From positions 51,772,001-51,836,000 of the forward strand of contig NC_045697.1 of NCBI RefSeq assembly GCF_009834535.1: a DNA stretch of 64,000 nt, read 5' to 3'. Positions 13,891 through 25,535 of the stretch are shown piece by piece; within the stretch, counting starts at the first letter, position 1, and each line of letters starts with the position of its first letter. The DNA is from Camelus ferus. Taxonomy: Eukaryota. The notes under the pieces are model-generated. The model worked only from the letters and a program-made list of their open reading frames with translations. It was not told the DNA's origin and made no database searches. The position numbers were made by a program, and so were the translations under genes.

Positions 13891-16744
13891 TTGAAAATAG
13901 TGTGCTATGTGGAAATGTGAGACTGAACAATAGCAGTGGCCAAAGTGAAGTTCCTATAGGGACTAGAGTGATTTCAGTTGAAATAGATTTTAGATAATTT
14001 TGGATGGAGAATCAGCAGCTCCTGTGGACTGTTTGCTATGTGTGTTAAGCTTGTGGGGAAAGATGCTCACTTGATTTGATTTTCAACCAACTGCTTGCTT
14101 TCTAGACTTCCCATAACATACCTCACTGAATACCTTCAGGCATATATTTCATTTATTTGACTAGATTGCCCTCAACTGGAGGGTAAATGAACCATGTCTT
14201 TGAGAATGTTTTATTTTACTGAGATATCTAGTACAGGCTTTAGATAAAGTACTCTTTTCATTAAACTTTGCTTAAATTGATGAATAAGAGGGTAGGCTCT
14301 CAGATTTCCTGTCCATGGAGTTATTGGAGGTTATGTGACCCAGCTTTTGTCTTACCATTGATACTCCCTCAACCTCGCTTAAATTTCCATTGCCTTCTAA
14401 GAAGGAGGATTTGCTGTGTTAAATTTTACCTGTGGCCTGGTGGGGAAAGTAACATCACGGGGCCTGGGATTTGAATGTTTGCAATAGAAGATACGTAGAA
14501 AAGTTTAATAGCATGTGGGCTAATCCTTACTCCCTTCCCTATGACTTTCAAGTGTCCCCAGTAGCCATTGCCTGTTGCCCAGAAGTTTCTGGCTGCTTTG
14601 GTGACCACTGTTTCCACCCAGGGTTAGGCACTCATCTGGGAGAATCGTGATCTATAGGCAGTCTCATGACAGGAGGTAAAATTGTCATCCAGATGAGCAG
14701 TGATGAGGTCTGTAACTAAGGAAATGGCAGTGGAAAGAGAGGGATGAAAGAAGAATGCAAGAGACTTTACAGGACACGGTGCCTGAATAGATTTGGGGCA
14801 AAGAAAAGACTAGAAAAAAGATGAATACTGATAAACTTCAATATATAAACTTAGATATACAACAGACCTGTGTTTCCATGATAAAGCCAGTTAACACTGC
14901 CTCCCACCAACAGATGGCGTTAGTAATGAGGCTGGACAGTTAAGCCTTGGATGTGGTACTGCTAGTTAACTTGTTATATGTTTGCTGTGCTTATACTTAG
15001 CTTGGGTATGTTTTATGAGCATTATTAACCCATTCATGCCTGAGCAGGGCAAATAAGTGATGTTGAAAATTACTGGTAAAAAGAGATATGGAATATGACA
15101 CTAATGCTAAAGAGATTAAAATGACAATTGAAAAGCATGAGAAAAATGTTGGAAATTTGACCAGATGAAAACACAACTCCAAATACTGGATTTATATGCC
15201 TTGGATGTGATACATATTTTCAAAATAATTATAATTTATTGGAGTTGTGTCTGGAAGATCAGCATTACTATGGAATGCCCACTAGCTCAGCGTTCTTTTT
15301 AATGAAGGCCAGAAGTTTGTTCAAGAGGGTAAAAACTAAACATTGTGAAGGAGATGTAGTGGTGTTTCTTTGTAAGACATGATCACATAAGTTCAAGGGC
15401 TGTTTGCATATGCACAACATTTAGGTAGGTGTAGAAATGGCACATGGAGACACCATAGCTTCTAAGAATTCCCTGTGAGGCTTACCTAGGGGAAGAAAGG
15501 GACAGAGTGTATCTGGTGGGAGAAATCAGATTGAAAATGAGGGGCCAGGTTCAAATGCATCACAAAAGCTATAGTCGTAGGCACATTTGCTAAAAACAAG
15601 TGCTGTTTGGCAAAACATACCTACCTTCCACGTCTGTGCTGCTTGACACAGAACAGTAGAGCCATTAGATCAATGGTTAGAAGGGGTGGGAATCACTCCC
15701 CCCTCCCCCGTTGCCTGTGTACTGTGAGGGCCAGTGACCTTATATTTGAAAATATAGAATAAGGGCCTCAGAAGAAAATATGCCTTGGGTGTGATACATA
15801 TTTTCAAAATAACTACAATTCTACATTAATACATTATTTCTTCAATTCTATTTTCAAAAAGTGTACTGCTGTTTAAATGAATATCACGTATTAATATATG
15901 ACCTTTACACTAGGAATATGAGCTATAACTATTTGACTGCAATGTGGACTTGATACTTAAGGAAGAATGAATTTCAGACAAAGTCATCATTTCATTTCTC
16001 TTTACCTATAGTACTCAACAGTATAGTTCTGGTGTTTTCTAAATAAACAAAAGATGAAAGAGTCAGAAAAAACACTCAAGAGGTAGAAGGAAGGAATTGA
16101 ATATAAAATAACATTTTCAATCAAAAGGATGAGGCTTGAGGAGGGAAAAAATATGTAAAATCATGAAATTAGATTAATACGGGACAAATGTGAATTAGTT
16201 CTTAAAATAAATACATATTAGAAATGTGAGGTTTCCAGTGAAACTTAAGAGGCTATTTAAAGACAGAAATAACCTTGTGTACTGAGTGTACCATGGAACT
16301 CATTCCTCTTACACTGTAGTGGGATAGCAGAGAGATGTAGATGAGTTTAAAAAACTACCTTGCCTTCATGGACAGCAGCTCCACAATGGGTTATTATGGG
16401 AAATTAGAGTTGTTTCTTGAATTTATGTGCCCCATAATATTTTTTAGAGATAAAATACCAAGCAGAACATATAAATGTAGTTCTTTTACAGTCTAATGGA
16501 ATATATAGATTGTATGATTTTCTTATTCTTACCCTGTATGACATTCTTATTCTATCTTATGTGAATTTTTTATTCCTACCATATATGAATTTCTACTTTA
16601 TCTGAGTAACTGATATTTAGTAGTCACTTAACCACTTTAAATTTACAACCAAAAGTGGAAAGAAAAACCACCAGTTTTCAAAAACTGTATTCTTGCCACT
16701 TAAAAGGGAACTTGTGAGCTAGAGATGATAGGTATTTCTCTTAA

Positions 16745-16771
16745 AATTAACACATTTTATGCTTTCTTTAG
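16745..16771 (+). promoter_or_regulatory. 3' splice site: candidate branch point (ttaAc) plus polypyrimidine tract plus AG
   Basis: aattaacacattttatgctttctttag lies directly before the exon, with no other AG in the preceding ~38 nt. Confidence 0.75.
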
Positions 16772-16928
16772 GCTGGAATGATAAAAAGTGATAATGATGA
16801 GTATTTCATTGAACCCTTGGAAAGAGGTAAGCAGATGGAAGAAGAAAAAGGAAGGATTCACGTTGTCTACAAGAGATCAGCAGTAGAACGGGCTCCCGTA
16901 GACATGTCCCAAGACTTCCACTACAGAG
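16772..16928 (+). CDS. ADAMTS3: Internal coding exon of ADAMTS3 (procollagen N-proteinase / VEGF-C-activating metalloprotease), pro-domain segment; probably exon 4
   Basis: Acceptor ...cacattttatgctttctttAG at 16770-16771 and donor AG|GTaggc at 16929. The exon is 157 nt (phase 0 in, phase 1 out) and open, translating to AGMIKSDNDEYFIEPLERGKQMEEEKGRIHVVYKRSAVERAPVDMSQDFHYR. This matches the ADAMTS3 pro-domain as I recall it (EYFIEPLE...HVVYKRS). It is missing from the ORF track because it is a short internal exon. Confidence 0.93.
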
Positions 16929-17646
16929 GTAGGCATCTTTGACAAGCCTTAATAATTAACTATGATTTTAAGACACTATGGCAAACACTCTCCCATCAAT
17001 TAAGAGAATGTGATTGTCATGTGCTCTTCTATAATGTGGAGATAGTGAAAGAAGTTTATATCTATTAATCATGAAATATGGCTTGCCTTTTTTAAAATGC
17101 ATGGAGGACTGTGTTATAGGCATTATTTTATTTCAGTGCTTTATTGTATCCCCAAATGTTTGTTACTTATGATCTCTTTTAAAGTTTCACATTAAAACGA
17201 TCTTTTCTCTAACATGTTAAAATTTGAAAATATTTGTGTCTTTCAGAAGTATCTAAATTATGCATTATCAATATTATTTTAAAACTTTTAAAATGAGATA
17301 TGGCAAAGAATTGTATTTTATAAGACCAGCATGATAGATACATTTGAAATTAAGAATGCTATTTGTCTATTTTGCAAAGCTTTTTACAATGTAGAAGAGA
17401 CACATGAGTTGAACGATTCTGTCAAATTTTATTACAAGGTAGGCTGGACTGCTAAAGTCAAGTAAATTATGGCATATTAGATATTCTATTTTTGGGTTTT
17501 TTGTTTGTTTGTTTTAATGAAATCTGAAAGCAACTTGGCATTAGAGATGTTTTTATAAGTTGGGTATAGAAGTTCCCTTTATGGAGAAGAAAGGAAATTT
17601 GGAAATCTATGTTTTTTTTTTTAAACCAAATCTCAAAAAGTCCATA

Positions 17647-17891
17647 CAGTTGATCTTCGAACAGTGTTGGGGTTGGGGTAATAACCCTTCTTGTAGTAAA
17701 AAATCCAAGTATAATCTATAGTCTGCCTCTTAACATACACAAGCCCTCCATGCCTGAGGTTCTGTATCCACAGATTCAATTAACCCCGGATTCAACCAGC
17801 CATGGATCAGCGGATCATGTTTAGCATAGAAAAAAATTCATGTATAAATGGACTCGAGCAGTTCAAACCTGTGTTGCTTAATGGTCAACTG
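17647..17891. mobile_element. Tigger2/MER8-like Tc1-mariner MITE
   Basis: Terminal inverted repeats cagttga... / ...tcaactg flanked by TA on both sides (17645-17646 and 17892-17893); 245 bp. Confidence 0.85.
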
Positions 17892-18214
17892 TACTTTCTT
17901 TTGCCCAGCCAACTTTCTGAATTAAAGGCAATGGAAATTTCCCTTAAGGAAATATCAGGGATACAAATAATCGTCTTAATTTAGTGGCCATCTGTCTTCT
18001 AAATTAATGGTGTCTTTTGAGAGTTGTTACCTGGTTATTAGTCTAATTTTCAGATGCCACCAGCTTCTCTTACTGTGTTGTACTAACAGGATAGTACAGT
18101 TTAAAATAAATTTAAAATTAATATTGCCTGAAAAGTTTTTGAAAAATTTCTGATTTGAAACAACAGGATTATATTAATAGATGCAGAGGTATGAAACGTG
18201 TGCCTATCCCAGAG

Positions 18215-18480
18215 GGTCACTGTGGTGTAATAGAATGAAAACACACTTTGCCGTTAGATAGACCAGTGTGAGTGACAGCTTTACAACCTCAAGTTGTTCT
18301 GTTACCTTAGATTAGTAGTTAACCTTTTTGAGCTTTCTTTCCTCTATCTGTGACTAGAGAATAAAAATACACTGCACAATTGTAATCAGAATTAGAAATA
18401 ATATATGCAAATTGCTGAAGGTAGCCCTCAACAATAAAAGGTGCCTAGTTAATGCTAGCTGGTATTATTGTTATTATTCA
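18215..18480 (+). mobile_element. MIR SINE
   Basis: tgtggtgtaatagaa...gttaccttag...ttaacctttttgagc...tttcctctatctgtga...aattagaaataatatatgcaaa resembles the MIR core. Confidence 0.6.
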
Positions 18481-21400
18481 TATTAATTATTTTGTGCAAA
18501 AGATTTGTATGTTAGGAGTTTTGTTAAAGTTGAATAGTTAGATATTGCCTGCCCTCATGTTGTGAATATATTACCATTAATTCTCATTTATAAATATTTC
18601 ATGTTTTAAAAATGTCACTCTAAATCAGAAGACTGATTAGATCAAAGGATAGTAAGATACAGTACTTTTCCTATAGTCTTGATTGTTATGTGTTAATAAT
18701 GTCTAATACCTCTTTTGAGGAAATGGTCAAACGTCTTTTAGGAAAGCATAGCCCGCATGTTATGGAATGGTCTTGGAGGACTGGAAATCAGGTCAGTCTC
18801 TATGACTGTCCTTCCATTCACTCCACCTGTCCTAGTCTAGTTTCACCAAACTACCCTACTGCTCCATTTCAATCTCTGAAAGTATTTCTATAAATATCAG
18901 TAGCCTGGTATTAATAGGGGAGAAGATTAATTTTTTCTTGAAATAAGAAAATTGCAAAAACTATTGTTTAATATCTATTATATTTTAGGTGCTAGACTAG
19001 GGGAAATAATTTAGAAGTCAAGGTATATAAATTTAAGAGAATAGGATGGAATTAAGATAATTTGGCACACTACTTTAGGAAATTATTAAAAATATAAATT
19101 CCAGTAACATCAATACCAATATATTCAGGTTATATGTGTAATAATTTTAAAGAATGCAGACTCTGAAGGCTGTTTGAGTTTTTCAATTGCAAATAGATTA
19201 CTTTATAGTAGAGGTAGGTCACAACCTGGAGTAATATATTTTGGAAAGGTTTTCAACAGTCATGGGTCAAAGCAAAAGGGGTTCCTTTGTTAATTCTCAG
19301 TTACTTTAAAACTTGAACCAAAATGGAACCATTCAGTTCTCTTAGAATATTCCATGTAAACTCTAGTATGAGGTTAACAATTTTTATTTCCTTACTTATG
19401 CAGTTCTGATAGAATTGATTTTCTGGTGATATCAATTTACCTCTTTTAGAGAGTCTTAAATTATAACTATGTATTTTAAAAGATTTTAAAAGTGTAAATA
19501 TCTTCCTAAGGTAAAAAGAGATTCAGATTCAGAACTTGAAATACCATACAATAACTTTTAGATTCTTCTTTTAACTTCTTGGTTACAGGACTGTGAGCCA
19601 AGCTTTTCCATGGACTAACCATTTTCCAAGTAGTTAAAGTTAAGAATATATTTCTATAATTTATTCCATCATTCTAAAATGTAGAATTAACTAGATCTAG
19701 GATTAGAAAGGTACATTGATTTATAAATTAAAACTGCAGCACCATATGAAATAGTGCTTCTTTATCGGGATCAACATAGGTTATTATTTGAGGAGACATG
19801 AGGTCTCTCTTCAGAGTTATAGGAAGAGGAATAAAATACATAAGATTAGACTTTGTTAGAAAGAGAGATATTTGAGAGTCATGGTCTTCATAAATTTCTC
19901 TGCCAGAAAGTCATCAGGAGGAGTTTTAACAATAATCAAAGGCACTTATAACCCCACAGTTTCATCAGCAGAGTCCCTGTAAATCAGTGCTCTGCTGTAT
20001 TTTGTTAGTTGTCACAGTGATTGCCTCATCACATTTCTTGTTTTGTCAGCTTAGCAATTCAGAACTGTCATTCATTTGAGGTCTATAATTTGTTGCAAGT
20101 GCTCTAAATTAAAGCCAATTATGATCTGAACTAGGTGAGATGGAGAGAAGGGCCAAACTGATTGAGACTGATGTAAAACTGACAGGGTTGTTTGATGGAG
20201 TAGATATTGGTGGGAGAGAAAGAATAATCAAGGCTGACTCAGATTCCTAATTTGGAAGACTAGAGAATTTGAATATTTCAAATGGGAAGTAGAAATAGTC
20301 TTGATGAAAGATGACAAGTGGGTATAATTTTGGATATATTAAGTTAAAAGAGCCAATGGACAGCAAATGAACTAAAAAATGCATAACATATTTTCATACT
20401 TATGTCCCCAAGTCACTGCAAAGAATGTCCTTATATACCTGTCGTAGTAGGGATGTTTAGAGGTTATCTGGGGAGTCAGGTGCCAGCTATTGTCTCATGG
20501 ATGCCTTCTACTCTCTCATTCCCAACTCTGTATCCGTGAGAATCAGAAATTGAACATTGCACAAGTTTGGGAGCACATGAAATATGTTTGCTACCTATCA
20601 CTATAGGAGAGAAGGCATTATATCCTTAAAAAAATAAAAATAAAACAAAAATTGTTCTTCTACCATACTTAAGAACCCTAAGTTAATCCACTTGACTGAA
20701 TGCAAACATCTATTTTGATTCCTGATCTTTAAAAATATTTAGCTAGGTTTCCAATAAAAGTCACAGCTTTGAACCTGTTGAGATTATGTATTACATAATA
20801 TAATTCAACAACAACAAAAAAGCCTCAACCATTCCCATATATTGTACAGATTTTCTTTCCTTGACTCTTAGTAGGAAGTTATATTGTTTTTGAAATGTGG
20901 AAACATATTAAATAGCTGTTTAAAAATATATTGAACTTGTAAAATTACAGATACAGTGCTCTGCCATAGAATTACTCTTTTAAGAATAAGACCTAAAGCA
21001 GTTTTACATTTGGCAATATAAATAATCTCTTCCAGTGCAGAACTGGCAGGTATTCATAACACATAGCACTGCCAGGTTCTGGCAAAGGAACACCATCCTT
21101 TTCATTAAGCAACAAATATAAACTTGGCATGCTTATGATAAAGAAACTTGTCTGCTTCGTCATGGGGAAGAATTGAATTTAGTTCTTTTTCTGATTTCTG
21201 CTTTGGGAGTATGGAAACCACTTCCATTCTGGCATCTTTAGGTTGGACAAAATTATTTTATATTTTACTGATTTGAAATATTACTTGGTAACAACATAGC
21301 TAATAAACTATTAAAGGGTCCTAAAGTTCACCTCCGCTGTTGAATCAGTCATCGATCTAAACTCAGATAAAAACCAAAATATACTTCTGACCATCTCTGA

Positions 21401-22498
21401 AGAATGTCTACATTATCATCAACAAGAAGTTTGCTGTAGGCAGTCTCTTTTGGGGGCAGGGAGGGGTCTGTGCTTGTATGACATCATGCAGCTTTTCATA
21501 TTTTTTTATTTAATCCCTAGGCCCTTAGGCTTCTCCCTTCAAATTACAAACTATTCATTCACCAAAAGCTTTGTGTTAAAGTAATTTTTGTAATTACTTC
21601 CTACCAGTGGGAAACAAGGAATAGTAAGCCTTTATCTCCTAGCTTCCTTTCAGGATTTTCATTTTCCTGCACGAACCCAAGTGCTTGTGTTGCTGGTGTG
21701 GTTGTCATGGTGCTGTGAAGGAGTGTCTTTGTCCCAGGTGGGAAACATGTACAAGTCAGAAATGATTTGGGAGTTGCTCCTGGTTGCCAGGGAATGAAGC
21801 CATGAAGCAAAATTAGAATAATGGGAAGACTATTCCTTACTTTACTGACACTAGGAACTTCCTAGGCACAGAGTCCTTCCCTGAATCTGTAGACACATCA
21901 GCAGGTACTATAATCCTTTGTATTTGAAAGTTCTCATGACCTATGCCCCAATCAAAGAGAAACATGGGTGGGCATTGTAACCCACAAAAAAAAATCCAAG
22001 AGAGATTAATTTTAGCAGATGTTTTCTTATTAAATGAAGCTTGAAACATAACATTACTAAATCATTAAGATCTGTCAAATAGCAAAATTCTTCTAGGTGG
22101 GTGTTAAATGATAAATGTTTCACAGCGGCGTAGTTTAGTTATGTAATCTAAAGGTCAGCTATTTGTCAAGGCTACTACCATTGGATTCATATGGAAATAC
22201 CAATCATATTTATGGAATTCCTTTTCAGGTTGGTTTTGTATATTTCATCATCTTGGTATTTATAATAATTATAGACAAGGCAATTGAAACCTAAATTACT
22301 ATATAAAATAATCAAGAAGCAGAGTGAAGCGTAAAGATCTTCAGATGTGAGACATAAAGGATAATGATACTTTATTTCCTTTATTAACATGTCTTACTGG
22401 GCCTGTTCTATCTCTTCATGGATAGATACAACAAAAGGAGTTTTTATACAAAGTAGAATTGAAGTGTTATAGAATGTAACTCCATATTTTTTAATGAA

Positions 22499-23672
22499 TT
22501 TTTTTGTGTTTTTTAAATTAAAGTATAGTCAGTTTACAATATTGTGTCAGTTTATGGCGTACAGCATAATGCTTCAGTCATACATGAATATACATATATT
22601 CATTTTCATATTCTTTTTCACCATAAGCTTCTACAAGATATCAAATATAGTTCCCTGTGCTAAACAGTATAAACTTGTATATCTATTTTATATATACCAG
22701 TCAGTATCTGCAAATTTTGAACTCCCAATTTATTCCTTCCCACCCTCTTCCCCCCAGCCATAAGTTTGTTTTCTATGTCTGTGAGTCTGTTTCTGTTTTG
22801 TAAATAAGTTCATTTGTCTTTTTTTTTTTTAGATGCCACATATGAGTGACATCATATGGTATTTTTCTTTCTCTTCATGGCTTACTTCGCTTAGAATGAC
22901 ATTCTCCAGAGTCTTCTATGTTGCTGTAAATGGCATTATTTTATTATTTTTTATGTCTGAGTAGTATTCCATTGTATAAATATACCACATCTTCTTTATC
23001 CAGTCATCTGTCGAGAGACATTTAGATTGTTTCATGTCTTGGCTATTGTAAATAGTGCTGCTGTTAACATTGAGGTACAGGTATCTTTTTGAATTAAGGT
23101 TCCCTCTGGATATATGCCCAGGAGTGGGATTGCTGGATCATATGGTAAGTCTGTTTTTAGTCTTTTGAGGAATCTCCATACTGTTTTCCAAAATAGCTGC
23201 ACCAAACTACATTCCCACCAACAGTATAGGAGGGTTCCCTTTTCTCCACAGCCTCTCCAGCATTTATTCTTTGTGGACTTTTGAAAGATGACCATTCTGA
23301 CTGGTGTGTGGTGATACCTCATTGTAGTTTTGATTTGCATTTCTCTGATAATTAGCGATATTGAGCATTTTTTCATGTGCCTATTGGCCATTTGTATGTC
23401 TTGAATTGCTTATTTAGTTCTTCTGCCATTTTTTGGATCGGTTTTGCTTTTTTCTTATTAAGTAGTATGAGCTGTTTATATATTCTGGAAATTAAACCCT
23501 TGTCTGTCTCATCTTTTGCAAATGTTTTCTCCCATTCCGTAGGCTGTTGTTTTGTTTTGCTTATGGTTTCCTTTGCTCTGCAAAAGCTTGTAAGTTTAAT
23601 TAGGTCCCATTTGTTTATTTTTGCTTTTATTCCTATTGCTTGGGTAGACTGCTGTAGGAGAACATTGCTGAG
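22499..23672 (-). mobile_element. Young 5'-truncated L1 (~1.2 kb) with TSD
   Basis: ORF 23032..23391(-) [27 protein letters not shown]...[18 protein letters not shown]...[15 protein letters not shown] is the L1 ORF2 cysteine-rich domain. Flanking direct repeat atattttt(t)aatgaa at 22484-22498 and 23673-23686. Confidence 0.95.
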
Positions 23673-23888
23673 ATATTTTTAATGAAGTATTGAATATAGA
23701 AATACACAAACTGTATTGGGAATTCAGAGTCGTTGGTTAACTATTTAGTTATTGGTACAGCATTAATGGAGAAAGAGAATTGTGAGGTTTCAGATATAAT
23801 ATCTGGGTGATTGAAGTGAAATCAAAAGTAGTTAATTTATCTTAGGGTTTAAAGCTAATTTAGATAACTTAGGTAAATGTTGATTCTT

Positions 23889-24708
23889 TTTTTTTAATAT
23901 ATATTTTTATTGAAGTTGAGTCAGTTTAGAATGTTGTGTCAATTTCTGTTATACAGCACAATATTTAAGGCATACATGGACATACATATATTTATTTTCA
24001 TATGCTTTTTCACCATGAGTTACTATAAGATATTGAAAATAGTTCCTTGTGCTATACAGTATGAACTTGTTGTTTATCTATTTTGTATATTTTCATTAGT
24101 ATCTGCAGATCTCAAACTCCCAATTTATCCCTTCCCACCCCCGTCCCCTACAGTAACCATAGGTTTGTTTTCTATGTCTGTGAGTCTGTTTCTGTTTTGT
24201 AAATAAGTTCATTTCTATTTGTTTTTAGATTCCACATATGAGTGATATCATATGGTATTTTTCTTTCTTTTTCTGGCTTACTTCACTTAGAATGACATTC
24301 TCCAGAGCCATCTATGTTGCTACAAATGGCATTATTTTATAATTTTTTTATGTCTGAGTAGTATTCCATTGTATAAATATACTACATCTTCTTTATCCAG
24401 TCATCTGTCAAGGGACACTTAGGCTGTTTCCATGTCTTGGCTATTGTAAATAGTGCTGCTATGAACATTGGGGTGCAAGTATCTTTTTGAATTAAGGTTC
24501 CCTCTGGATGTATGCCCGGAAGTGGGGTTGCTGGATCACATGGTAAGTCTAGTCTTTTGAGGACTCTGCATACTGTTTTCCAAAATAGCTGCACCAAACT
24601 ACATTCCCACTAACAGTATAGGAGGGTTCCCTTTTCTCCGCACCCTCTCCAGCATTTATCATTTATGGACTTTTTAATGATGACCATTCTGACTGGTGTG
24701 AGGTGATA
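23889..24708 (-). mobile_element. Young 5'-truncated L1 (~0.8 kb) with TSD
   Basis: Same 3'UTR family as the neighbouring L1. ORF 24382..24597(-) DLPCDPATPLPGIHPEG...[24 protein letters not shown] ttgattctt at 23880-23888 and 24709-24717. Confidence 0.95.
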
Positions 24709-25347
24709 TTGATTCTTCAATGATTGCCTGCTAGAAGTAACTATATCAATTACTGACTCATGAAAGAACAGTTCATACCAAGAAAAAACTTTTGTTTGTA
24801 TTTAAAATGTGTTTGCTCTTTCTGAAGATAAAATATATCCAATTATCAAAATATACTCAATGTTTGGTTTTATTCATCCACTGCTTTTGCTTATGAGGGA
24901 TAGACCCTATTTTTAGTAAAATACTAAGTACATTTTGACTCTGCCCATGCCAAGCGTGCCTGTTTAAACACCTTTTAAAGCCTGTGCTTATGTTCTTTAC
25001 ACGTGTGTCTTACAAACTTTCACATTAATAAGTGGGAAGGAAGCATTTGTGTAAGGACTTCATTTCTGGAGGTTAAGTAATCTTTGGCTTCATTGTTTCT
25101 GTTTCGAGCTAGTATGATTGATACTTTCAAAGAAGATGTTTTCTGTAAAGTTGATTTTATTTGTATTTATCATTGCTTATTTTCTAAATCATCAGTGATT
25201 AACTTTAAATATGAAATTTATTTATGAGGATCACTGCTATTTGCCTCTGATCATCTTCATTTGGTATTCTGCAAATAAGTATTGCTTATTTGTGTGGGGG
25301 CTCTTGCATCCCTGCAGAGGATTCAGGTGTGTTATTCTCAATCCTCT

Positions 25348-25535
25348 TTTTTTTTTTTTAATTGAAGTATAGTCAGTTTACAATGTGTTGTTCATTTCTG
25401 GTGTACAGCATAGTGATTAATTTACACCTATATATTGTTTTTCATTATAGGCCATTACAAGGTATTAAATGTCATTCCCTGTGCTATATAGTAGGACCTT
25501 GTTTATCTGATTTATATACTGTAGTGTGTATCTAT
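25348..25535 (-). mobile_element. Short L1 3'UTR insertion
   Basis: Poly-T plus attgaagtatagtcagtttacaatgtgttg; direct repeat atcctct at 25341-25347 and 25536-25542. Confidence 0.85.
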
